In this document: one piece after another, positions 12,201 to 24,200 of the stretch | Layout: every line of letters begins with the position of its first letter | Position numbering within the stretch: position 1 is the first letter of the stretch | Assembly: GCF_004324835.1 (NCBI RefSeq) | Contig: NW_021163190.1 | Span: 255,242 to 319,241 of the forward strand | Direction of reading: 5' to 3' | Source of the DNA: Dendronephthya gigantea | Taxonomy: Eukaryota | DNA: 64,000 bases | The notes under the pieces: model-generated | The model's database searches: none | Told to the model about the DNA's origin: nothing | What the model saw: only the letters and a program-made list of their open reading frames with translations | Program-made: the position numbers and the translations under genes

Positions 12201-15200
12201 TGGGGATAGTTTTGGTGAGGAATTCGCCTCGAGAGGCAAGTTTCAAGAGTTTTTCCCTAGAAATAAAAAGCGTTCTTCGTATGCAGCGAAGAGAACATTC
12301 ATTGAGACGATTAGTAGATGAGTTTTGAATAAGAATTTCTTTTAACAAGCGGAGAAGTATATACCTTTTGTTTTCACAGCCCCGAGGCTGACGCTAAACG
12401 GTGACTTGGAGAGCAAGGGTGGAGCAGCCCGGGCAGGCATTTCTTGTTCTTTTTGTGGTTGTTGTTTATGAGTTTGAACTTGCTGAATACCAAACGAAAA
12501 TCCTCCAAAGGTATCCTTCACCGAGACCTCATCTTCTTTTTTCTTCTGTTCAGGAGAATCTGTTAATATCAATGATAAAATAGAACTAAAGCGCGCCTCA
12601 CACGAGAGCTGGTAGCTGAGGTAAAGACCTCGCGAGGCTGTTAGCTCAGCAAGTTACTCTCGTGTGCGGATAGTTTTTCGTCAGGAATTCGTCTACATAG
12701 TTCGTCTACATAGTTTGTCGTGTGTTTTTACTCAGACGAATGATCTGTCAGATGGATCATTTGTCCAGACGGATAATCCGTCTCTAGTATCATTTGGGCC
12801 AACATTTAATCGACTGTTACAGCACTGTCCAGTTGCGGTTCGGTTGCGGGCGACCGATAAAAACCGCAGACGACCGCGAAGGAAAAAACACGACCGCGGT
12901 TGCCGTTCGCTTCTGAACGGAATGCTATGAACTGCTGAGAACAACAACACAATAATCATATCAAAAACATCCTAAGAAATATCAGTCAGACCGAGTTAGG
13001 CTGAGGTTTAACGTCCGTCTCACGGCGGTTCGTCCTCGGTCTGACCACGGTTCAACGGCGATCAGACCGAGGTTTCACCAAGGTTCTGGACAGTACTATA
13101 ATTATAGCAACTCGAGAATACTGATGAGTGACTATTATATGAAGTTTACATAAGTGACTAACAATAACGCAGGCACAGGTCAGCGGGCTCGACGGAGCAC
13201 ATGGAAACTCGAGCGAGATAACTTCGGATCAGTTGTCAAATAATTTTTTGTGTTCATATTTTTGTACAAGAGTTTTTCTCTAGAAATAAAAAGAGTTCTT
13301 CGTACACAACAATGAGAATATTCATTGTGACGATTAGTAGATGAGTTTCGAATAATCTTTTTTTCTAACAAGTGAAGAGGTATATACCTTTTGGTTCTGA
13401 AGCGTCATAGCATCGCGTAAAGGAACTGCTTGGCATAGGAGGTAGAGGGGGATTCCGTGATCTGGTGGATCTGCGGAGCAAGGGTGAAGCGGCGGGGGGT
13501 GGCGTTTCTTGTTCTTCTTGTGGTTGTTCTTTATCCGTCTGAACTTGCTGACTACCAAGAGACAACGCTACAACGTTCTCCGAAAGCCCATCTTCTTCTT
13601 TCTTCTCTTCAGGAGAATCTGTTGATTTCAATGATAAAATAGAACTAAAGCGCGTCGCACACGAGAGCTGGTAGCTGAGGTAAAGACCTCGCGAGGCTGT
13701 TAGCTCAGCAAGTTACTCTCGTGTGCGGATAGTTTTCAGGCTGAGTTAACTGCCTCGCGAGGTCGTTAGTTCAGCTGATAGCTCTCTTGTGCGGCTTGCT
13801 TAAGGCTATGTGGTGCATGCGAGCGTCATTTTCGAGTGTTTTCAGTATTCTTACCAGGTAAGGAAGGCTTGAAGTAGCTAGGTCTTCGTAGATTCTTTGG
13901 AACCTCATCTCGTATTAAGTGAGGTTTTGCTTCTCCATCAAAACCCCCACTGGAATCAGATTCGATTTCTATAAAATACAACAAAACGATGATGTGCATT
14001 GAATGCCCTAAATTCATAACTGCATATTTCAGATTTCCATGCACGTCTTTCCATGAACATTGACGCTACATTAAGAAGCAGAATAGGCTACTTTGAGAAT
14101 ATCACTATCATAAGACCGAACAACTTGTATACATTAAATTGATACGATGTATAATATAGGAACAGATTTTTCACCTGAATTTATATTTAGCCATTTGGGA
14201 CAAAAGGCTACCATTGTTAGGAGCTGTTTATATTGGAGCCAGGCTGGCTCGGCCGTGAAAACTATTCAAGTCTCTTAAAAGTTTAGAAAAACATCGGAAA
14301 GGGCGGTCGTGTGTTTCTCGAAAGATCTGTCATTATCTGCGGTTTCTTGTTGTTGGGGTTGTTTTAGTTTATGTGCTTTTGAACCACTGTTCGTTTCAAC
14401 ACTTTACAAAATAAGACTTCTTTCGGTCCACAAAATATTTATAATAAAGATATTCAACTTTGTAAACAGGCAATAAAAAAATTTAGTGCAAAGATTTGCT
14501 TTAACCCCGCCAGGGTTGGCTAAGCCAGGTTTTGAACGACGTGGCTCAGAGGATCGAACGTTGTAATAAGCAAGAGTTTTTCTCTAGAAATAACAAGTAC
14601 GATCAAACTACAGGGTGTCCCAAAAAAAACGAAAACTATTGAAATCACCCATAACAATGTAATTGTTAGAGTTTGAATGCCTAAGCACTCTGTTGGGCCC
14701 ACAAGTGTATAAATCGGGGTTGCCATAAGCATTTTTATGCATGCATATGATGCAGTCAAATTTGCTTGTTCGCAAAAATGATATTTATTAACAATATTTA
14801 CAATTTACAAATATGGATAACATTATTTAAAATTTAAATGTATGTGCATCTCAAGGACCATGACCTTCGACATGTCCCCTTTCTCTAGCAACACAAAGCA
14901 TTTAGCATTTTATAAGCTGCATTAAATCCCCACGGGCTGAAATTCGTGAACACGGCATTCAATTTTTAACAATGAGTGATTTCAATACTTTTCGGGTTTT
15001 TTGGGACACCCTGTATAGGCTGAATATTAATGATATGTATATATCATTTGCTGCAAATATATCAAGAATTGCTTGTAACTTGCTTCAAAGGTCAAAAGTA
15101 AAAATTCGAACTCCGTCAATCGATGCGGAATATTGCTTATAGAATAATTGTGCCAAGTTTCATTCCGATCAAACAAGTAATGATAGAGCCTTAGGGTTTT

Positions 15201-18200
15201 TTTAAAGAGCGTAGCCCCCTAACAACAACAACAACAGAAGATTAGCAGCGGTTACGGACCAGTTCCTGGTCCAAAAAGCGTTCCTCGTACACAGCGAAGA
15301 GAACATTCATTGTGACGATTAGTAAACGAATTTCGAATAAGAATTTTTTTATCAAGTGGAGAGGTACATACCTTCTCTATTCAAAATCCCAAAGCTTCGC
15401 CTACGGTAGGCGATGCTAAACGGTGACTTGGAGAACAGGCGTGGAGCGGCGGGGGGTGGTGTTTCTTGTTCTTCTTGTGGCTGTTTTTTATCTGTCTGAA
15501 CTTGCTGAATACCAAACGAAAATCCTCCAAAGGTATCGTTCTTGGACACCCCATCTTCTTCTTTCTTCTCTTCAGTAGAATCTGTTTATTTCAATGATAA
15601 AATAGAACTAAAGCCCTAAAGAATTCATATTAGGCACAGGAAATTCATCTTAGACAGGAAAGTTGATTGTAAAAACCCGTCTTAATATGACTTGGAATGG
15701 ATATAAAATTTACACGTGTGATGGGTCGGGTAATGCTAAAAAGGGTATCGTGATTATTACGATAATAATTTTGTTTATTTTCTCAGTTAAGCGCGCCTCA
15801 CACGAGAGCTGGTAGCTGAGGTAAAGACCTCGCGAGGCTGTTAGCTCAGCAAGTTACTTTCGTGTGCGGATAGTTTTTCGTGAGGAATTCGTCTACATAG
15901 TTCGTCTAGATAGTTTGTCGTGTGTTTTTACTCAGACGAATGATCTGTCAGATGGATCATTTGTCCAGACGGATAATCCGTCTCTAGTGTCATTTGGGCC
16001 AATATTTAATCGACTGTTACAGCACTGTCCAGTTGCGGTTCGGTTGTGGTCGACCGACAGAAACCGCAGACGACCGCAAGGGAAAAAATACGACCGCGGT
16101 TGCCGTTCGCTTCTGAACGGAATGCTATGAACAGCTGAGAACAACAACACAATAATCATATCAAAAACATCCTAAGAAATATCAGTCAGACCGAGCTAGG
16201 CCGAGGTTTAACGTCCGTCTCACCGCGGTTCGACCTCGGTTCAACTGCGATCAGACCGAGGTTTCACCAAGGTTCTGGACAGTACTATAATTATAGCAAC
16301 TCGAGAATACTGATGAGTGACTGTTACATGAAGTTTACATAAGTGACAAACAATAACGCAGGCACAGGTCAGCGTGCTCGACGGAGCACATGGAAACTCA
16401 AGCGAGATAACTTTGGATCAGTTGACATTATTTTACGTGTTCATATTTTTGTACAACAGTTTTTCTCTTTAAATAAAAATCGTTCGTCGTACACAACAAT
16501 GAGAATATTCTTTGTGACGATTAGTACATGAGTTTCAAATATGAATTTTTTTGACAAGCGGAGGGGTACATACCTTTCGGTTTTGAAGCGTCATAGCATG
16601 AAATAATAGAGGAACTGGCGCTAAGAGGTGTAGATATAGAGGGTGGAGAGGGTGGAGGCGAATGCCGTGACTCAACGTGCAGTGGTGAAGCGGTGGGGGA
16701 TGCCATCTTGACACTTCTCTTCGACTTAAGAGAATGAAACGATTCCAATGCTACAAATGCAAACAAAAGATGCTGTAGAAATTGCTGATGCAAGTCGCGC
16801 TTGTGGACGCCCCCTGCACTTCTCGTTTCTACAAAATTGTTTCAGTAGATGAGTTTTTTCAATCGATTTGTAGATGAGTTTCGAATAATATTCTTTTCTA
16901 ACAAGTGAAGAGGTATATACCTTTTGGTTTTGAAGCGCTATAGCATCGCAGAAAGGAACTGCTTGCCATAGGCGGTGGAGGGGGATCCCGTGACCTGATG
17001 CCGGACTTGGGCGGCAAGGGTGGAGCAGCCGGGGATGGTGTTTCTTGTTCTTCTTGTGGTTTTTGTTTAGCCGTCTGAGCTTGCTCAATACCAAACAAAA
17101 ATCCTCCAAAGGTATCGTTGTTGGACACCCCATCTTCTTCTTTCTTCTCTTCAGAAGAATCAGTTCATTTCAATGATAAAATAGAACTAAAGCGCGCCTC
17201 ACAGGAGAGCTGGTAGCTGAGGTAAAGACCTCGCGAGGCTGTTAGCTCAGCAAGTTACTCTCGTGTGCGGATAGTTTTTCGTGAGGAATTCGCCTCGAGA
17301 GGCAAGTTTCTATCGTGTGCGGATAGTTTTCAGGCTGAGTTAACTGCCTCGCGAGGTCGTTAGCTCAGCTGATAGCTCTCTTGTGCGGCGGGCTTAAGGT
17401 TATATGCGGTGCACGCTAGCTATAGCGTCATTTTCGAGCGATTTCAATATTCTTACCAGGTAAGGCAGACCTGCGGTAGGCAGAACTTCGCGAACGCGGT
17501 ATTAGAGCCTCATCTCTTATTGAGTGAGATATTTCTCCACCACCAAAAGTCTGTCTCAAATCAGGTACGATTTCTATAAAATACAACAAAACGATGATGT
17601 GTATTAATAATGCTCTAAATTCAAAACTGAATATTTCAGGGGCCGGTTGTATCAAGCCCGTTTAGCTTAAACGGCGGATAAGTTTAAAATAGAAAGCAAG
17701 TCTATCGTTTTATTCAACAAGCAAACAAAATGTTTCTAACCTTAATACAAAGATACTGCTCACAACTACATATTCAGTGCATAATATTCAAGTTGACTCA
17801 TTCAAGAGAGATGTAAGAGTGTTATTTAATTTTGACTTATCCACCGCTCAAACTCGTTTCGAACATGCACAACCGGACCTTGGTATATTTGATGGCCCCT
17901 TCACACATATTTTAGGGCTACACCCCTCCCCCCCCCGGTTTAAGTCAAACTTTTCAAGCTTCTTACCAAATGTCGGAGCGATCCTAGAGCTCGGAACAGG
18001 GGGAGGAGGGGGTGGTGGTGACGCTACACCTTCTTCTTTCGCACCACGAGATGGAACACCTCGTCTCAAAGATTTTTTGGACTTTATCTTTCCGAGGAGG
18101 GCATCAAGTTCTAATTTTGCTTGTGGATCCTCTACCAGTGAAAAGAAAGATGGTGTAGAAATTCTTTGACAACAAAGCAAAAGTAGTTCATGGTTGACAT

Positions 18201-21200
18201 GTACTGTATTTAGACCATACAGTTCCAGAATAACATCGGTGGTAAACCGCATAATATGGTAAACATACCATCATCAAAGCACATATCATCGCCTTCACTT
18301 TCATCATCATCATCATGTAAATCTGGGAAGAACAATTTGGAACTTCGAGAATCCACCTGACCTTATTTATGCCTCACTATATCACCTGAGTCACTATTGA
18401 TAGTTTCCGAGAACTTTCTTGCAAGTCCTGGGGCCGGTTGTATCAAGCCCGTTTAGCTTAAACGGTGGATAAGTTCAAAATAGAAAGCAAGTCTATCGTT
18501 TTACTCAACAAGCAAACTAAATGTTTTTAACCTTAATACAAAGATACTGTTTACAACTACATATTCAGTGCATAATATTCAAGTTGACTCATTCAAGAGA
18601 GATGTAAGAGTGTTATTTAATTTTGACTTATCCGCCGTTTAAGCTAAACGGGCTTGATACAACTGGCCCCAGATTTCCATGTCCTGTTTTCCACCAGGCG
18701 AATTTATTCGCGTGACGCGAAGCGATATCTGAAATCGGGTTATTGGATTGCTTTGCGAAAAAAATCGCCGCGAAAAAGTAGAAACGCTTCTTAAGGCGGA
18801 TTTCCACTTACAGCGAAATCGTTCGCTAGCGAAATATTTGCATATTTCCTTTTGAATTGAGAACAGTCAAGTCGAACTAATTTATTTATGCTGTTAAAAT
18901 TCAAAAGAAAACATGCAAATATTTCGCTGGCGAACGATTTCGCTGTAAGTGGAAATCGGCCTTTACTTTTTATATGTTCGCGCGAAAGGGCTAACACCCC
19001 CCCGGTTTAAGTCAAACTTTTCAAGCTTCTTACCTAATGTCTGTGCGTTCGTAGAGCTCGGAACAGGGGGAGGAGGGGGTGGTGGCGATGCTACATCTTC
19101 TTCTTTTGCACCACGAGATGGAACACCTCGTCTCAAAGATTTTTTGGACCTTAATTTTGCTTGTGGATCATCTACCAGTGAAAAGAAAGATGGTGAAGAA
19201 ATTCTTTGATAACAAAGCAAAAGTAGTTTATGGTTGACATGTATCGTATTTAGACCATACAGTTCCAGAATAACACGGGGTAAACTGCATAATATGGTTA
19301 ACATACCATCATCACTGAATAATCCAAAGCCATATCATGGCTTTACTTCATTCATTATCATCATGTAAATCTGAGAAGAACAATTTGGAATTTTGAGAAT
19401 CCACCTGACCTTACTTATGCATCACTATATCACAGAGTTGCAAAAAGAGTTCAACCTTCCTCCGGTAGGATTTCAAGTTTTGAAAACCTTCCTCAAAACG
19501 ACGTTACGTCAGTGAGTCAAGTGGCAACCAGCATAAACAAATATTTGTTTTTTTAATACATGCATGTGATCAATTAGAGTGCTCAACTTTGAACCTTCCT
19601 CACAAACCTCATTCAAAGCAAACCTTCCTCCGGGTGGTACCCGCGTACCCGCTGCTTTTTTGCAACTCTGCTATATCACCTGAGTCACTATTGATAGTCT
19701 CCGAGAATTTTCTTGCAAGTCCAGGGGCGTAGCCAAACGGGGAATGGGGTGTTCGGACTTTCTCCCCCCTGTTGTAATTTTCGTCTAGTAACATGTAGAG
19801 CTTAGTATACTTAATGGTTGCCCCCTGTTAATCTTAGGCTGCTCCGCCTCTGTTTAAGTGAAACTTTTCAAGCTTCGTACCTGGTGAGAATGTGTTCATA
19901 ACTGGAAATTCAGTACTCAAATATCGTCCGCTTGGTGCCCCTAAAAAGAAAAATGATGTGGAAATACAATAATCAAGAGTGAATATGGAGACAGAAACAC
20001 AATAATTAAGAGTGGATATGGAGAGTTAAATTTTTCAGTTTCATTGCAAGCCTCACCTAGATCTGGAGGCAAATCATCAAGTTCTTCAACATCATGTCCT
20101 GTGCATAACAAAATGAAAATAACAAATGAATAAACCGAAAGCAGATAATAATTTAGATATACTCATAAACTAGACACCGTGGCAATTGGTAAGAGTTGAT
20201 TTCATAAGTATCATTTAAATGATTTTAAACTTTTACGTGCGTTTAGGTACGTATAAAAAAAAACGAAAGTGGAAAACAGCCCTTAACCTACAAGCTAATT
20301 TACAAAGATTTCGTACTGTCTTGCTTCAAAGCATGAAATTTAAATTCTTGCAAGTTCAGGGGCGTAGCCAAACGGGAAATGGGGTGTTCTTAAGTGAAAC
20401 TTTTCAAGCTTCTTACCTGTTGAGAATGTGTTTATAATTGGAAATCTAGGACTTAAAGAACTTTCCCTTGGTGGCACTAAAAAGAAAAATGATGTGGAAA
20501 TACAATAATCAAGAGTGAATATGGAGACTGAAATTCTTTAGTTTCATTGCAGCCTCACCTATTACATAAATATCTTCAAAATCAGTCCTGGTATAACGAA
20601 GTGAAAATAACAAATAAATAAACCGAAAGCAGATAATAGTTTAGATATACTCATATACTGCATAGGACACCGTGGAAATTGGTAAGAGTTGATTTCATAA
20701 GTATCATTTAAATGATTTTAAACTTTTAACGTGCGTTTAGGTACGTAAAAAAACACGAAAGTGGAAAACAGCCCTTAAGCTACAAGCTAATTTACAAAGA
20801 TTTCGTACTGTTTTGCTTCAAAGCATGAAATTTAAATTCTCGCAAGTCCAGGGGCGTAGCCAAACGGGAAATGGGGTGTTTTTAAGTGAAACTTTTCAAG
20901 CTTCTTACCTGTTGAGAATGTGTTCATAATTGGAAATCCAGGACTTAAAGAACGTTCCTTTGGTGGCACTAAAAAGAAAAATGATGTGGAAATACAATAA
21001 TCAAGAGTGAATATGGAGACAGAAATACAAGAATCAAGAGTGGATATGGAGAGTTAAATTTTTCAGTTTCATTGCAAGCCTCACTTGCATCATGTCTTGT
21101 GCATAACAAAGTGAAAATAACAAATAAATAAACCGAAAGCAGATAATAATTTAGATATACTCATAAACTAGACACCGTGGATTTTAGTAAGAGTTGATTT

Positions 21201-24200
21201 CATAAGTATCATTTAAATGATTTTAAACTTTTAATTGCGTTTACATACGCACAAAAAACACGAAAGTGGAAGACAACCCTTAAGCCACAAGCTAATTTAC
21301 AAAGATTTCGTATTGTTTTCCTTTAAAACTTGAAATTTAAACATTCACTGAAGCTGGGAGAGTCTATGGAAAGTCTGCGAAATACAGATAATGTACAAAC
21401 GTCGACAGAATATCGGTCGACTTTTACGCTACTTTTATGACTATTTTTGGACTAAATTTAATGACGGCAGAAGTCAGTGAATATGGAGACAGAAGTTCAA
21501 TAATCAAGAGTGAATATGGAGAAGAATGTTGTGAATACCCAGAGAACATTCCAAAGAACATTTTTCTACGTCCATATCAAAACAAAGCTCGCTTGACCCT
21601 CCACCGAAACCATAAATTTCTTCATCACCTGTTCATGCCAGAGAAAAATAAGTTAATAATTTAGATTTACTGCGTATAGACAATACGTTCAGTTCTGGAG
21701 TAAAATGATAATATATATGTTATTTACCAGATTGGAGGTCTGTATAGGGAAATATTTCCCAAGGTCTCAAAAACAGCCCGAGCCCGAAGGCCGAGGGACG
21801 TTTTTAAGACCGAGGGAAATATTTCCATATACAGACCGACTAAACTGGTAAATAATAGATTTATTTTTTTTCTTGCGGTTTGAATTCGTATTTTAGCGTT
21901 GGCTCTGCGCTTTTAAATCTCGCCCGGTCCGTACGGCCTCATACGGACCGCTCGCGTAGCCAATCAGATTGCAGAAAACGCTAAAATATGAATTCGGACC
22001 GCAAGGAAAAAAAATATATCCAGTGCGAAACGTTTAGATTGTCATAAATTTTCTTTACCAGTAGAATCATATAATCGATGCGAAGAATCGAAATCCGTAA
22101 ATTCGGGAGAAAAATTACGCACCATCAAACCAGGATATGCAAGCTGTAAAAAATATTATTCATTTGAAATATGGCAAAGAGATAAAATATTTTTTTAGAG
22201 TTTCAGCACATTTAGGGACAGAAAATCATCCTAAGCTATATACTATAAATTCTACTGAAATACACGAATGTAGGTTAGGATTATGTTTTAGATTAGGTTC
22301 ATGGTTGATGAGGGTTAGCCTTAATCCTTAATCCTTAATCCTTAATCCTAACCCTAATCCACGGACATGGAATTATTAACAATTTGGGTTTGAGGATGGC
22401 AGCCAAGTTATCGTTCCAGTCTAAGTAGAGTTCAGTGTTACTTTATTAACAAACCTCATGAGCTGCGCCCAAAAGTTCATCAACATCACCAGAAGACAAT
22501 GATTCCTCCTCTGATTCATCCTCTGAGTCCTCTGATTCCCCCTCTGATTCCTCATCGTCCTCCTCGAACCCAATATATCCCAAGATATCCACATCTTCTC
22601 CATCAAGAATTTCGTCGACGTCCGGCGCAGTTGTCGAATCAAAGGTCTCGCCTTCTTCACGCTTTTCAATTGCGACAAAACTTGTGAACTTGGACGTGAC
22701 TGAGTATTTCTTGCTTATTTCAATAATATAATCTTTGCGAGACACCTTGACCGCCTGGAAAATAAGATTACAACGTCGTTCAAGAACAATTACAAAATTA
22801 AACCTCCATGAAAAAAAATTACGACAATTTTCCGTGAATTTTGATGCAAAGCCTTGTTTACACCTGCGATTTTCCCTGATGTGCGATTTTCTCCTTTCGA
22901 TAGATGCGAATGAACGAATAAGTTGCGGATGTTCATCTTAGGAGACTTATACATTAGAACATTGACAACTTTTGCTCGTTCCCATCTGTCAAAAGCAGAA
23001 AATCGCACTTAAAATTGCAGCAAAAATTGAAAGTCTAAATGGGCATAAACGTGGTGTTATAAGCATTTAGTTATAATCAAGACTAGTGTTATTAATAATC
23101 AAACAATATTGAAATACCAGCTAAAACAATAAGTGTAGTGGTTCAGCCTACACAGACCTGGTGATGGAGGTGGTCTGGGGCAAGTAATCCTTCTTCCCAA
23201 TCATTAATCAGTGCCCTGGCTGTCAGCTGATGCAAGGTTGAACCAGAGGTGATACTCAGTTCTGACGTTGAGACCATTGTTGAAATCTCCTTGCCATTTA
23301 TCATAGCTTTTAATGTCGCCTGGAAAAAACAAATAAGAGATGATCCTTACTGTACCTCTAGGAAGAACAGCTTAGAACTGATAGAGCTAACCACTATAAA
23401 TAAAGTTAGTTTAGTTTAGGTTTCCTCCTGTAGTAGCACTGGGTCAATAAGAGATGATCCTTACTGGATCTCTAGAAAGAACAGTTTAGAACTGATAGAG
23501 CTATCCAGTATAAATAAAGTTAGTTTAGTTTAGGTTTCCTCCTGTAGTAACACTGGAACAATAAGAGATGATCCTTACTAGACCTCTAGGAAGAACAGTT
23601 TAGAACTGATAGAGCTATCCAGTATAAATAAAGTTAGTTTAGTTTAGGTTTCCTCCTGTAGTAACACTGGAACAATAAGAGATGATCCTTACTGGACCTC
23701 TAGGAAGAACAGTTTAGAACTGATAGAGCTATCCAGTATAAATAAAGTTGGTTTAGTTTAGGTTTCCATACAGTTCAGATCTCCATACCTGGGTACAGTA
23801 AGGAACAAAGCCATACACCACTTGTCTCGAGCCATTGAAAAGCGATAATATTTGGCTTGGGGCCTGGATTGGAGTTGGTGCGTCATTATCAAACTGTTGC
23901 CAGGCAACAGATACTGACGTGAGGACAGGTTGTTGCGACCTCGAGATAAAAGACTCCACTTTTCTTTTCCATTTTGACTTGACTTTCTCGTCAAAGTATT
24001 CCGACGCGCCTGCGCCAACTTTTGCCAAAGTCCGCAAGAAATAACGATTTGCAGAAGAGCTATAAAATAGAAAGACATTGAATTCTAGTTTCTGCTCATC
24101 TCAACTCATTGCCGAGGTTTATGTGTTTACAATGGCAAGGAATTGGTTTGAATCCTGTTTCAAAGATTTGTTATCGAAATGTATTACGCTAGACTAACGC

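Larger units (their letters stand above)
11230..17400. repeat. segmental tandem duplication of exon-plus-intron modules (two or three units of about 3.2 kb with sub-duplications), containing 100-bp direct repeats, hairpin-forming gcgcgcctcacacgagagctggtagctgagg...agctcagcaagttactctcgtgtg blocks and at least 6 copies of an exon of about 235 bp
   Basis: Blocks 12590-13090 and 15790-16300 are near-identical, as are 13640-14040 and 17190-17640; exon copies at approx 11646-11880, 12363-12565, 13386-13625, 15372-15580, 16560-16700 (variant) and 16916-17160. Confidence 0.8.

Noticed and set aside
11600-17200. Interpretation of the FG-containing repeated exons (TFGGFSFG) as an FG-nucleoporin gene
   Set aside because: They lie between, and on the same strand as, phase-compatible vPARP exons. 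vPARP has a long Pro-rich low-complexity region at this position, and no independent first or last exon for a nucleoporin was found
22300-22345. (CCTTAAT)3-CCTAACCCTAATCC read as a true chromosome end
   Set aside because: It is only about 50 bp, degenerate, internal to a gene intron and flanked by unique sequence on both sides
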